Source of the DNA: Candidatus Doudnabacteria bacterium RIFCSPHIGHO2_01_FULL_46_14
Lineage (GTDB): Bacteria; Patescibacteriota; Doudnabacteria; UBA920; 2-01-FULL-46-14
Direction: 5' to 3'
DNA length: 64,000 nt
NCBI GenBank assembly: GCA_001779925.1
Contig: MFEK01000016.1
Location: forward strand, 142,504-206,503
Shown here: positions 18,461 to 27,339 of the stretch, one piece after another
Position numbering within the stretch: the first letter of the stretch is position 1
How the letters are laid out: every line of letters begins with the position of its first letter
Notes under the pieces: model-generated
Told to the model about the DNA's origin: nothing
Databases searched by the model: none
The model's input: only the letters and a program-made list of their open reading frames with translations
Position numbers and translations under genes: made by a program

Positions 18461-21292
18461 ATGGGAAAAGATAAAGAAGAGAAAAAAGATATATTGCTTT
18501 TGGTGGATGGGAATGCGCTCATACACCGGGGGTTTCATGCGATTCCGCATTTGTCTACGAAAGCGGGCGAGCCGACCAATGGCGTGTATGGTTTTACGGT
18601 GTTGTTTTTGCGCGCCCTCAAAGAGCTGGCGCCACGGTATGTGGCGGTGGCCTTTGATCTGCCTGGCGGTACGTTTCGCGATAAGCTCTACGATGCTTAC
18701 AAGGCCAAGCGAGTCGCGGCGCCTGCTGAACTGTATTCGCAGATCCCGCGCGTAAAAGAATTGGTGCAAGCCATGAACGTGCCAACATTTGAACTTGAGG
18801 ACTATGAAGCGGATGATATTATCGGTTCACTGGCTGAGCTTGGTAAACGTGAGCAGAATTTGGAAACTATTATTTTGACTGGCGATCTGGATGCTTTGCA
18901 GCTCGTGGATGACAATGTAAAAGTTTTCACGCCAAAGCAGGGACTCAGTGAGACAATGATTTATGATCGAAAGGCTGTGGAGGTTCGCTATGGAATAGCG
19001 CCCGAGCAGATCGTGGATTACAAAGCTTTGCGAGGGGACGCTTCTGATAACATTCCGGGCGTCAAAGGCATTGGCGAGAAAACTGCGACCGAGTTGCTGC
19101 AAAAATTTGGAACTTTGAAAGGAATTTATGAGGTTTTGACTTCACCCCTCCCTAACCCTCCCCCTCAAGGGGAGGGAATAAGACCGAAAGTTGCGCAATT
19201 ATTACTCCTGCATCGGCAGGACGCCGAGATTTCGCAAAAATTGGCGCAGATTGTGCGCGATCTGCCGATCAAACTCGACCTGAAAAAGGCAGAACTCGCG
19301 GATTATGACGCTGAGCCGGTTGTAAAAATGTTTCAGGAGCTGGAGTTTCGAAGCTTGATTGATAAGCTGCCGAAGAATAACCCCCCTCAATCCCCCCTTA
19401 GTTTAAGGGGGGAAGAAAATGCGGATCAGGGGGAGGAAAAACTTACGAAAAGTGTAATTCAGTCCAATTATGAATTAGTCGATTCGAAAAAGGAATACGA
19501 GGCTCTGATAAAGGGATTAAAGGGAGTAAAGGAAATCGCGATTGATACGGAAACAACCTCGATTCATCCGGTGCAGGCCGAGCTTCTCGGTTTGGGAATT
19601 GGCTGGGAAGAGGGAAAGGCGTTTTACGTTCTTAGAAACTTTGTGGGACCGGAATTGATCTCCATTCTCGAGAACTCTGGCGTCAAAAAGATCGGGCACA
19701 ATATAAAATATGATTATCTGGTTTTAAAACAGGCAAGAATCAAATTGGCCGGTATGAATTTTGATACCATGATCGCGGCTTATTTGCTCAATCCAGGGGC
19801 GCGCAATTTTGATCTCGACAGTTTGAGTTTCAACGAATTCGGGATCCGCAAGATTTCCATTACCAGTCTGATTGGCCCCTCACCCTTAGTAAAGGGTGTA
19901 GGGGGCAAAAAACAGATTAATATGAGAGAGGTTGATCCTGAGCGAGTGGCTGAATATTGCGGCGAAGATGTAGACTGCACTTGGCGGCTCAAACAGAAAC
20001 TGGAAACAGAATTAAAAAACAAGAATCTGGAAAAAGTTTTTTATGAGATAGACATGCCGCTCGTTGCCGTGCTTGCGGAAATGGAACACTCGGGCATTAA
20101 GATTGATACGAAATATTTAAAAGAGCTTTCTGCGAAAGCTGAGCAAGAAGCTGACAAAATTCAGAAACAAATCTGGAAATTGGCCGGCGAAGAGTTCAAT
20201 ATCGGCAGCCCGATTCAACTTAAGAAAATACTTTTTGAAAAGCTGGGGATTCCGAGCGATGAACTAAAAAAAGGCAAAACCGGCCTCTCGACCGCGGCCC
20301 AGGAGCTCGAAAAACTGCGCGGCCTGCATCCGATTGTGGATCTGATTTTCGACTGGCGGGAAATCACAAAGCTCAAAAACACTTATCTTGATGCTCTGCC
20401 GGATCTGGTTTACAAAAAAACAGGGAGACTGCACACGAGTTTCAACCAAACTATTGCCGCTACCGGCCGACTGTCATCGTCTGATCCGAATCTGCAGAAT
20501 ATTCCGATTCGCACAGAACTCGGACGCGAGGTGCGTAAAGCCTTTGTGGCGGAAAAAAGCTGCAAATTGGTTTCCATAGACTATTCGCAGATCGAATTGC
20601 GACTTGCTGCTCACATTTCCGGGGATCCGAAAATGATTGAGGTATTTCGGAGCGGCGGAGATATCCATGAGGCTACTGCAAGAGACATCTTTAACCTCAC
20701 CCCAGCCCTCTCCTCACGAGGAGAGGGAGCAGAAGTCACTCCTGATATGCGGCGGGCAGCCAAGACTATAAATTTTGGCGTGCTCTATGGCCTGTCTGCG
20801 TATGGACTTAAATCCCGAATTCCAGGAGTGTCGGTGGGAGTAGCGGAAGATTTTATTAATAAATATTTTGCAACCTACAAACGCCTCGCTGACTATCTCG
20901 ACGAGGTTGTTGAAGAAACAAAAAAGACTGGCTATGTTCATAATGAACTGGGACGACTCCGGTTTCTGCCGGAGATCAATTCGTCCCAGTTTCAGGTGCG
21001 CTCTGCGGCAGAGCGCGCGGCCATCAATATGCCGTTTCAGTCCCTGTCCGCGGACATTATCAAAATGGCTATGAATAAATTGGCGGAAAAGAATTTAATA
21101 ACCCAGCCTGATTGCAGGCTTCTCTTGCAGGTTCATGACGAACTCGTATTTGAAATCGCGGAAAATAAAATCGAGAAATACGTGCCAGAGATCGTAAAGA
21201 TCATGCAGAATATTTATAAGCTGAAAGTTCCCTTGGTGGTTGATGCCAAAGCCGGAGAGAACTGGGAAGTCATGGAAAAGCTGGCCGTTTAG
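18461..21292 (+). CDS. polA: DNA polymerase I (5'-3' exo, 3'-5' exo and polymerase domains) carrying four in-frame GC-rich repeat insertions
   Basis: LLVDGNALIHRGFHA 5' nuclease N-terminus. Polymerase motifs DYSQIELR, RRAAKTINFGVLYG, QVHDELVFE. Inserts at 19143-19182, 19381-19440, 19874-19906, 20694-20730. Confidence 0.9.
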   Translation: MGKDKEEKKDILLLVDGNALIHRGFHAIPHLSTKAGEPTNGVYGFTVLFLRALKELAPRYVAVAFDLPGGTFRDKLYDAYKAKRVAAPAELYSQIPRVKELVQAMNVPTFELEDYEADDIIGSLAELGKREQNLETIILTGDLDALQLVDDNVKVFTPKQGLSETMIYDRKAVEVRYGIAPEQIVDYKALRGDASDNIPGVKGIGEKTATELLQKFGTLKGIYEVLTSPLPNPPPQGEGIRPKVAQLLLLHRQDAEISQKLAQIVRDLPIKLDLKKAELADYDAEPVVKMFQELEFRSLIDKLPKNNPPQSPLSLRGEENADQGEEKLTKSVIQSNYELVDSKKEYEALIKGLKGVKEIAIDTETTSIHPVQAELLGLGIGWEEGKAFYVLRNFVGPELISILENSGVKKIGHNIKYDYLVLKQARIKLAGMNFDTMIAAYLLNPGARNFDLDSLSFNEFGIRKISITSLIGPSPLVKGVGGKKQINMREVDPERVAEYCGEDVDCTWRLKQKLETELKNKNLEKVFYEIDMPLVAVLAEMEHSGIKIDTKYLKELSAKAEQEADKIQKQIWKLAGEEFNIGSPIQLKKILFEKLGIPSDELKKGKTGLSTAAQELEKLRGLHPIVDLIFDWREITKLKNTYLDALPDLVYKKTGRLHTSFNQTIAATGRLSSSDPNLQNIPIRTELGREVRKAFVAEKSCKLVSIDYSQIELRLAAHISGDPKMIEVFRSGGDIHEATARDIFNLTPALSSRGEGAEVTPDMRRAAKTINFGVLYGLSAYGLKSRIPGVSVGVAEDFINKYFATYKRLADYLDEVVEETKKTGYVHNELGRLRFLPEINSSQFQVRSAAERAAINMPFQSLSADIIKMAMNKLAEKNLITQPDCRLLLQVHDELVFEIAENKIEKYVPEIVKIMQNIYKLKVPLVVDAKAGENWEVMEKLAV
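19143..19182. repeat. GC-rich palindromic repeat in frame within polA (encodes SPLPNPPPQGEGIRP)
   Basis: CCCTCCCCCTCAAGGGGAGGG hairpin. Confidence 0.75.
19381..19440. repeat. GC-rich palindromic repeat in frame within polA (encodes NPPQSPLSLRGEEN..QGEE)
   Basis: CCCCCCTTAGTTTAAGGGGGG hairpin plus GGGGGAGG. Confidence 0.7.
19874..19906. repeat. GC-rich palindromic repeat in frame within polA (encodes GPSPLVKGVGGK)
   Basis: CCCCTCACCCTTAGTAAAGGGTGTAGGGGG. Confidence 0.65.
20694..20730. repeat. GC-rich palindromic repeat in frame within polA (encodes TPALSSRGEGAE)
   Basis: CCCTCTCCTCACGAGGAGAGGG palindrome. Confidence 0.7.
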
Positions 21293-21332
21293 TATTGACG
21301 GGCATCAATTTTATTGTTAAAGTATCAGAACT

Positions 21333-21596
21333 ATGCCAACAACCAAATCAGCAATCAAAGCCATGCGGGGAAGCGCCAGAAAGCGCAAAGTTAACCTGGT
21401 GACGATCAGCAAATACAAAGAGGCCATCAAAGCCGTGCGTAAAGCCCTCACCGGCAAGAAAAAAGATGAAGCAGTCAAACTGCTCTCGGGCGCTTACAGC
21501 CAGCTTGATAAAGCCGTGAAAAAGCATGTCATCAAAAAGGGCAAATCCATGCGGCTCAAATCAAGGCTTGCGAAAGCGATCGCCAAGATACAGTAA
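21333..21596 (+). CDS. rpsT: 30S ribosomal protein S20
   Basis: MPTTKSAIKAMRGSARKRKVNL with a basic helical protein, typical of S20. Confidence 0.85.
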   Translation: MPTTKSAIKAMRGSARKRKVNLVTISKYKEAIKAVRKALTGKKKDEAVKLLSGAYSQLDKAVKKHVIKKGKSMRLKSRLAKAIAKIQ

Positions 21597-21597
21597 G

Positions 21598-21627
21598 TTG
21601 CCTGCCTGCCGGCGAGGCAGGCAAGTA
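21598..21627 (+). terminator. Terminator-like hairpin after rpsT
   Basis: CCTGCCTGCCggcgaGGCAGGCAAG. A second hairpin AAACCCAGAcctagaTCTGGGTTTCTTTT at 21643-21675. Confidence 0.5.
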
Positions 21628-21651
21628 GTAAGAAAACAGCGAAACCCAGAC

Positions 21652-21864
21652 CTAGATCTGGGTTTCTTTTGGTAAAAATGGGTCGTGGATTGGGAAGTCA
21701 AAGACATTGACCTGTTTTAGGCCAGCTTCGTCTATTTGGGCGAAAACCCAGACAAAGCTCTCAAAGCCTGGAACAGGTTCAGACCTTTTCGTTTGCCAAT
21801 CCAGAAGTTGATATTGTTCAGCAGGCATGGTGCCGATCAAAAATTCCCCAAGTCCTATGCTCAT
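21652..21864 (-). CDS. Small hypothetical protein (70 aa)
   Basis: RBS AGGAGG 4 nt upstream of ATG. Not overlapped by a longer ORF. Uncertain. Confidence 0.3.
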   Translation of the reverse strand: MSIGLGEFLIGTMPAEQYQLLDWQTKRSEPVPGFESFVWVFAQIDEAGLKQVNVFDFPIHDPFLPKETQI

Positions 21865-22036
21865 GATTCCTCCTCACAAGAGGAGATAATAATACGGCTG
21901 GCTGCAAAAATCAAATTTTATGCTTTTTGCGCTTTAAACTTTTATCGATGTCAATGATCTGATCGCGAAGGAGCGCAGCTTTTTCGTCCCAGTAGTAGAG
22001 CCGATCCGGGTCGGCTCACTACGGGACTTCGCCGTT

Positions 22037-24022
22037 CTATTTCTTTCTATGTAGCCTTTGGTATTGTTGGATTCGGATTATCTCATCTCTTAAGTGTGCT
22101 GCCCGCTCGAATTCTAAATTTTTACTCGCCAGGTCCATGCGGTCCTTGAGTTCTTCGAGGAAATACCGCACCTCTTTTTTGTCGAGCTTGGCAATGTCGA
22201 ATTCTTGTTTAGGCACCTCTAACGCTTTAGCTCCAGCCAGGCGAGATTCGCTGATGGCTTTCTGAATGGTTGTGGGAGTAATGCCGTGTTTTTTGTTGTA
22301 TTCGGTCTGGATTTTCCTGCGCCTTTCAACTTCATCAATGGCTTCCTTCATAGAGCGGGTTTCTCGGTCTGCATACATGATCACGCGGCCCTCAGAATGA
22401 CGCGCAGCCCGGCCCATGATTTGCAGGAAAGACGTTTTTGATCGCAGGAATCCTTCTTTATCTGCATCGAGAATGGCGACCAGGGAAACCTCAGGCAGAT
22501 CGAGGCCTTCTCTGAGCAAATTTATGCCAACGATCACATCATAAATCCCGAGCCTGAGATCGCGCAGAATCTCGAGACGCTCAAATGTATCTACCTCGCT
22601 GTGCAGGTAGTGGGATTTTACACCATTTTCTTTCAGAAACTCGGCCAGTTCCTCAGCCATGCGTTTGGTCAGGGTCGTTGCCAGCACGCGCTGGTTTTTT
22701 TTGACGCGTTTCTGGATCTCTTCCATCAGATTATCAATCTGATATTTCGTGGGCCGGACCTCGATTTCCGGATCGAGAAGGCCAGTGGGGCGGATGAGCT
22801 GTTCTGCGACGGTTTTGGATAGACCGATTTCATAGGGCGAGGGGGTAGCGGAAACAAAAATTGCATTATTGATTTTTTTGAGGAATTCCTGGTACCGGAG
22901 AGGCCGGTTGTCCATGGCCGAGGGCAGGCGAAAGCCGTAATCAACCAGGGTCTGTTTGCGGGATTTGTCGCCCTCATACATGGCACCTATCTGCGGCACA
23001 GTCATATGCGATTCATCTATAAAAAGTAAAAAATCATCAGGGAAATAATCAAGCAAGGTAGAAGGTGGTTCGCCAGCTTTGCGAAAATCCATCTGGCGTG
23101 AATAGTTTTCAATGCCGTTGACATAGCCGGTCTCAAGGAGCATTTCGATATCAAAATTGGTGCGTTGCTCGATGCGCTGGGCTTCCAGTAGCTTCTCCTG
23201 CGCCTTAAATTTTTTGAGCTGGAGCCGCAGTTCTTCGCGGATATTTTCTACCGCGAGATGGATCTTGTCCTGATCTGTGACGAAATGCTTGGCTGGAAAA
23301 ATGCGGTACGAAGAATGCGTTTTCTCATCCTCGCCAGTCAGCGCGTCAAACTCAGTCATCTTTTCCAGAGTGTCGCCAAAAAAATCCATGCGCACCACCC
23401 GATCCTCATGTGCGGGCACGATCTCGAGCACATCGCCGCGGATGCGAAATGTACCCCGCCTGAGGTCCAGATCATTGCGAATGAATTGGAGGTCAACCAA
23501 TCTTCTCAGAAGCTTGTCGCGTTTGTAATCTTTTCCGACTTCTAATTCCAATGACAACTCTAAATAATTAGCCGGGTTACCCAAGCCATAAATGCAGGAT
23601 ACTGACGCGACAATGATTACGTCCTTGCGGGACAGCAGACTCTGGGTGGCTGCGTTTCGCAGCCGATCTATCTCCTCATTAATATCCGTTTCCTTCTCTA
23701 TATATGTATCTGATCTTGGGATATAAGCTTCTGGCTGGTAATAGTCATAGTAAGACACAAAATAATGCACAGCATTGTCTGGAAAAAATTCTTGAAATTC
23801 CGATGCCAGCTGTGCGGCCAGGGTTTTGTTATGGGAAATGACGAGTGTGGGTTTCTGAATTTCTTGAATCACATTAGCCATAGTAAAAGTCTTTCCCGAA
23901 CCCGTCACCCCAAGCAGGGTTTGGAAATCGTGATCTTTTTTCACCCCCGCGACCAGTTTTTTAATCGCGTCCGGCTGGTCCCCTGTTGGTTGGAATTTTG
24001 AAACAAGTTTAAATTGATCCAT
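22037..24022 (-). CDS. uvrB: Excinuclease ABC subunit B
   Basis: [15 protein letters not shown] Walker A, UvrB helicase motifs, C-terminal UVR domain. Confidence 0.9.
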   Translation of the reverse strand: MDQFKLVSKFQPTGDQPDAIKKLVAGVKKDHDFQTLLGVTGSGKTFTMANVIQEIQKPTLVISHNKTLAAQLASEFQEFFPDNAVHYFVSYYDYYQPEAYIPRSDTYIEKETDINEEIDRLRNAATQSLLSRKDVIIVASVSCIYGLGNPANYLELSLELEVGKDYKRDKLLRRLVDLQFIRNDLDLRRGTFRIRGDVLEIVPAHEDRVVRMDFFGDTLEKMTEFDALTGEDEKTHSSYRIFPAKHFVTDQDKIHLAVENIREELRLQLKKFKAQEKLLEAQRIEQRTNFDIEMLLETGYVNGIENYSRQMDFRKAGEPPSTLLDYFPDDFLLFIDESHMTVPQIGAMYEGDKSRKQTLVDYGFRLPSAMDNRPLRYQEFLKKINNAIFVSATPSPYEIGLSKTVAEQLIRPTGLLDPEIEVRPTKYQIDNLMEEIQKRVKKNQRVLATTLTKRMAEELAEFLKENGVKSHYLHSEVDTFERLEILRDLRLGIYDVIVGINLLREGLDLPEVSLVAILDADKEGFLRSKTSFLQIMGRAARHSEGRVIMYADRETRSMKEAIDEVERRRKIQTEYNKKHGITPTTIQKAISESRLAGAKALEVPKQEFDIAKLDKKEVRYFLEELKDRMDLASKNLEFERAAHLRDEIIRIQQYQRLHRKK

Positions 24023-24029
24023 GTATTTA

Positions 24030-24113
24030 CCCTCCCCTTAAGATAAGGGGAGTTGGAGGGGTTATGAAAATTTAATAACTCCCCTAGCCCCTCTTAATTT
24101 AAGAGGGGAATTA
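24030..24113. repeat. Two adjacent GC-rich palindromic repeats (CCCTCCCCTTAAGATAAGGGGAG.. and CCCCTCTTAATTTAAGAGGGG) in the uvrB 5' leader
   Basis: Inverted arms seen directly. Confidence 0.65.
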
Positions 24114-24189
24114 ATGCCGCAAACTTCATTTTAGCAGATTGACCAAATTTCGTTCAATAGGCATAATTTGGAAAATAAGGAGGGTTTCT

Positions 24190-24381
24190 ATGAGTGCAAT
24201 CCTACCGTCGCAGAGATGGCGCAACAACGACCAGGACAGACGGCTGAAGCCATTGCCTGATATTGTTTACCGTTGTACCAATTGTGGTCATGAGCAGGGC
24301 GAGCCGCGTTCCAGTTATTCAAAATACAATGACTGGCGGTGCGATAAATGCGGTGGCCGGGTTTCCCACCGAAAGAAATAA
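24190..24381 (+). CDS. Small zinc-ribbon protein (63 aa)
   Basis: CTNCGH...CDKCGG double CxxC. RBS AAGGAGGG 6 nt upstream of ATG 24190. Terminator follows. Confidence 0.45.
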   Translation: MSAILPSQRWRNNDQDRRLKPLPDIVYRCTNCGHEQGEPRSSYSKYNDWRCDKCGGRVSHRKK

Positions 24382-24390
24382 GGATTAAAG

Positions 24391-24430
24391 GCGTTTCGAA
24401 TCTTGCAGTATCGAAGCGCCTTTGTTGTTT
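24391..24430. terminator. Bidirectional terminator hairpin
   Basis: AAGGCGTTTCGAatcttgcagtaTCGAAGCGCCTT followed by TGTTGTTT. Confidence 0.55.
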
Positions 24431-25226
24431 ACACAATAGCCGTCCAGCTATTTTTTTGTTTTGGTTTCAAATCCATTGTGTTCCAAATTCCTTTGAACAC
24501 CTCGCGTAGATTGTGGGCCAACACTTGATCGTGAATTTCCACGAGATAGTGCGGACGGGCGTCAGCCACAATCATCACTACATAATCGCCAAGGATCCAG
24601 GTTGTGGCTTGGAAATTGTGGCTTTGGTCCCAGAAGCGGATATCGCGCTGGGCGAATTTTTTCTTTTTGATTTTTTCCGCGGACTCGTTGGAGAGCAATC
24701 GCAGAGAAATCCCCGGCTTGGCGCACTCTTCCCAGTACCAGTCAATCCATTTTTCATAGGCTCCGACAAACGCATGATCCTGAAAGCCCCACCAGATGCC
24801 GTCATACTGCAGCATACTGTCATCCCAAATCGGTGACTGTTTATGTAAATGATTTTCCAGTTCATCCTCAGCCACAAACACGATTTTCGGCACAGAGTAT
24901 TTTACATTTTTGGCTAAAGCCTGAAGTTCTTGGATGGCGTCTGGCAGGGACGCTTTTTTCTTTTGCAAAAGTTTTTCTTGTTTCGTGACAACATGCTGCA
25001 AATCCGCAGGGGGGCGAGCCACTACATACATATTGGTACTGCCGAGGTCCTGCGCCACAACCCCCTTTTCTACCAGCTCATTGATAACGCTATAGCAGGT
25101 GGTGCGGTTGATGCCGGCGATGCGCGCGAGTGCTCCAGGCGTGATTTTGCCGTGCTGAAGAACTGCAAGATAAACCGCGATTTCTTTGTCGCCAAAGCCG
25201 AGGGATTTGAGAGTGTCTTGAATCAT
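24429..25226 (-). CDS. TrmB-family transcriptional regulator (paralog 2)
   Basis: wHTH ITPGALARIAGINRTTCYSVINELVEKGVV. Confidence 0.8.
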   Translation of the reverse strand: MIQDTLKSLGFGDKEIAVYLAVLQHGKITPGALARIAGINRTTCYSVINELVEKGVVAQDLGSTNMYVVARPPADLQHVVTKQEKLLQKKKASLPDAIQELQALAKNVKYSVPKIVFVAEDELENHLHKQSPIWDDSMLQYDGIWWGFQDHAFVGAYEKWIDWYWEECAKPGISLRLLSNESAEKIKKKKFAQRDIRFWDQSHNFQATTWILGDYVVMIVADARPHYLVEIHDQVLAHNLREVFKGIWNTMDLKPKQKNSWTAIV

Positions 25227-25237
25227 AATTCTCTTTT

Positions 25238-25322
25238 TCCCCTCCCTTGAGGGGAGGGGGCTGGGGGAGGGTGGAATATTACCACCCCCACCTAACCTCC
25301 CCCCTCAAGGGGGAGGAATAAT
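25238..25322. repeat. Composite GC-rich palindromic repeats in the 5'UTR of TrmB paralog 2
   Basis: CCCTCCCTTGAGGGGAGGG plus GGGTGGaatattaCCACCC plus CACCCCCACCTAACCTCCCCCCTCAAGGGGGAGGAAT. The last block is near-identical to 27877-27915. Confidence 0.75.
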
Positions 25323-25334
25323 ACTGATGGTTGT

Positions 25335-25363
25335 ATTATATACCGTTGTCGAAACAAAGTCAA
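25335..25363 (-). promoter_or_regulatory. Near-consensus promoter TTGACT-N17-TATAAT (minus) for TrmB paralog 2, in a block conserved with 2445-2487
   Basis: Reverse complement reads TTGACTttgtttcgacaacggtaTATAAT. Confidence 0.6.
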
Positions 25364-25426
25364 CAGTATTTTTAGGCTAAAATTAGAGAAAATATGATAA
25401 TTTTAACCTAAATCGTCGAAAAAGTA

Positions 25427-25455
25427 TTGACATTTAAGCGATTTTGAGCTAATAT
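25427..25455 (+). promoter_or_regulatory. Sigma70-like promoter TTGACA-N17-TAATAT for the 25506 gene
   Basis: Hexamers and spacing seen directly. Confidence 0.55.
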
Positions 25456-25505
25456 CCCTGATTACGCTAGAAATGGTTTCTGGCTAACAAACAATGGGAG
25501 GAATT

Positions 25506-26096
25506 ATGCAGAGTAGGTCCACGGCACTAGTTGATGTAATCCTGGCTTTGATCGGATACATTGTCGGTATGAGTATCGTTCTGTTACTAAACAGTGCAAC
25601 GGCTCATGGTCAAACAGTAGGCTGGGTGGAAGAACGATCGTTTTTCAAAGAAGGGCAGACTATCCAGCGCGTTGATGGTCTGGTAAACGGCACTATCAAC
25701 GAACGCATTGGGACATTTGTCTGGTTTCAAATCGATCCGGGTTACGCTCAAGCTTATGGCGGACTGACTTGGTCGCCAAAACCATGGGTGCAGTTCGCCG
25801 GTGGTCCTGGATTGGAACAGGCAAAAAAATCCGCGCGAGTTGGCGGGTATGTCTGGCTCGGTAAAGGCAAAACCGCCTTCTTGTTTGTTCCCGAATACGG
25901 CGGCAGTGGGTTTTGGGCCAAGGCAGAGTTTAATCAATCAGTCGGAAAGCGATTCGGGATTGGCGCAATATCTGAACGCTATAAAGGCACTGGCCCAAAA
26001 GCAGAAGTGAATATTTCAAAGTTGAAATTTTGGGGAGCGCCGCTGTGGCAGGATGGCAAGATAAACGGTTTAGTGGGCGTCAGATATAAATTCTGA
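25506..26096 (+). CDS. Secreted/envelope protein: signal anchor plus a Gly/aromatic-rich beta-rich domain ending in ...VRYKF
   Basis: RBS GGGAGG upstream. N-terminal hydrophobic segment. Alternating beta-strand-like pattern and a C-terminal aromatic residue. Confidence 0.5.
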   Translation: MQSRSTALVDVILALIGYIVGMSIVLLLNSATAHGQTVGWVEERSFFKEGQTIQRVDGLVNGTINERIGTFVWFQIDPGYAQAYGGLTWSPKPWVQFAGGPGLEQAKKSARVGGYVWLGKGKTAFLFVPEYGGSGFWAKAEFNQSVGKRFGIGAISERYKGTGPKAEVNISKLKFWGAPLWQDGKINGLVGVRYKF

Positions 26097-26226
26097 TCAA
26101 ACAGCATCATCAAATGGAGGTGTGCATGAAATTACCACTGACGGGCAGCAGTATATCTGCCCTATTTTTTATGGTAAAAAAATCGGCACCCTACCCTATA
26201 AGGTGCCGTGAATCGCGAGTAACGCG

Positions 26227-26535
26227 TCACATCGGCAGTTCCCGATCTCGCAGATTTTTTTGCGCGTCGTCGAGGACTGCTTTCATAAACTGATCAAACT
26301 CGTCCTCCTGCTTTATGCAGGTGCAGGTTGAACAGTGAGGACGGGGTTTCGGTTGCAGCCAGCCCGCAATGATGCCGAGTGCTGTGCCTATCAGGGAAAA
26401 AGGTAGCACAATTTCCAGGTTGTCAAGGAAGAAGAAGCTAAACATTTTTCGCCCGGCCGGGTCGAGGAACATGAGCGCCGTGCCTGATCCCAGCACTGAT
26501 AAGCCACTCACGATCAGTAATCTTTTCAATTTCAT
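26227..26535 (-). CDS. Small membrane protein (102 aa) with a CxxC..C cluster
   Basis: Two TM helices. PHCSTCTC motif. Confidence 0.4.
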   Translation of the reverse strand: MKLKRLLIVSGLSVLGSGTALMFLDPAGRKMFSFFFLDNLEIVLPFSLIGTALGIIAGWLQPKPRPHCSTCTCIKQEDEFDQFMKAVLDDAQKNLRDRELPM

Positions 26536-26608
26536 GTGAGCCTCCTTGAGTTTTTCTGTATTATAAATGCTTTGAGTTTTGTGGTAAAATGAGGATATTC
26601 ATAGGCGA

Positions 26609-26647
26609 CCTCTCCCTTAATCCCTCCCCACGCCTGGGGAGGGAAAC
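26609..26647. repeat. GC-rich palindromic repeat in the ruvA 5' leader
   Basis: CCCTCCCCACGCCTGGGGAGGG hairpin. Confidence 0.65.
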
Positions 26648-26657
26648 TAAATATAAT

Positions 26658-27224
26658 ATGATTTCATTTTTGGATGGGACAATCAAGGCCATTCGCAAGA
26701 ATTACCTGATAGTCATGACTGACTATGTTGGTTACAAGGTTTTTGTGACGCCGCAGATTTTGCTGAATGTCCAGCCCGCGCAAAAGACTTCGCTTTTTAC
26801 TTTTACCTATGTGCGGGAGGACCAGCTTGCGCTTTACGGATTTTCTACATTGAATGAGCTGGAGTTTTTTGAACAGCTCATTGGCGTGTCCGGCATTGGC
26901 CCGAAATCCGCTCTCGCCATCATGTCTGTGGGGACGCTCGATGTAATTAAAAGCGGCATTTTAAATGGTGATGTTTCGCTGTTCACGCAAGTTTCGGGTG
27001 TAGGGCGCAAGACCGCAGAAAGGCTCATCCTAGAGCTCAAAGAAAAAATTGCCTCGAGTCCTGAGGAGCTGGCAGCTCCCCGGCATTCGGATGTGATTGA
27101 CGTGCTCATGGCTCTGGGGTATTCGCGCACAGAAGCGCGGGAGGCGCTGGCCCAAGTCCCTGCAGATTTGAAGGATTCGGAGGATAAGATACGATTCGCT
27201 CTAAGATCGTTAGCTAAGCAGTAA
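26658..27224 (+). CDS. ruvA: Holliday junction DNA helicase RuvA
   Basis: MISFLDGTI N-terminus, HhH motifs GIGPKSALAIM / VSGVGRKTAERL, C-terminal domain III. Confidence 0.8.
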   Translation: MISFLDGTIKAIRKNYLIVMTDYVGYKVFVTPQILLNVQPAQKTSLFTFTYVREDQLALYGFSTLNELEFFEQLIGVSGIGPKSALAIMSVGTLDVIKSGILNGDVSLFTQVSGVGRKTAERLILELKEKIASSPEELAAPRHSDVIDVLMALGYSRTEAREALAQVPADLKDSEDKIRFALRSLAKQ

Positions 27225-27339
27225 ACAATTTCTAAATAATGACCAAAACCCAAGAGATTCTTCGGAGTACCTCAGAATGACAGATTGGTTATTGGGATTT
27301 GTTTAGGTCAATTAGTAATTAGAGCAATTAGAAATTTTC
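27225..27339. repeat. AT-rich intergenic repeat (copy 1): box AATTTCTAAATAATG ... box GTTTAGGTCAATTAGTAATTAGAGCAATTAGAAAT, abutting the ATG of the Mur ligase gene
   Basis: Both boxes recur at 30100-30217. The ends are inverted (ATTTCTAA / TTAGAAAT). Confidence 0.65.

Noticed and set aside
18507-18755. 82-aa plus-strand ORF in another frame within polA
   Set aside because: Nested in the polA 5' nuclease domain coding region, with no support.
24139-24189. Upstream extension of the zinc-ribbon ORF to 24139
   Set aside because: A strong RBS (AAGGAGGG) precedes the ATG at 24190. The extension has no RBS and starts inside the uvrB leader repeats.
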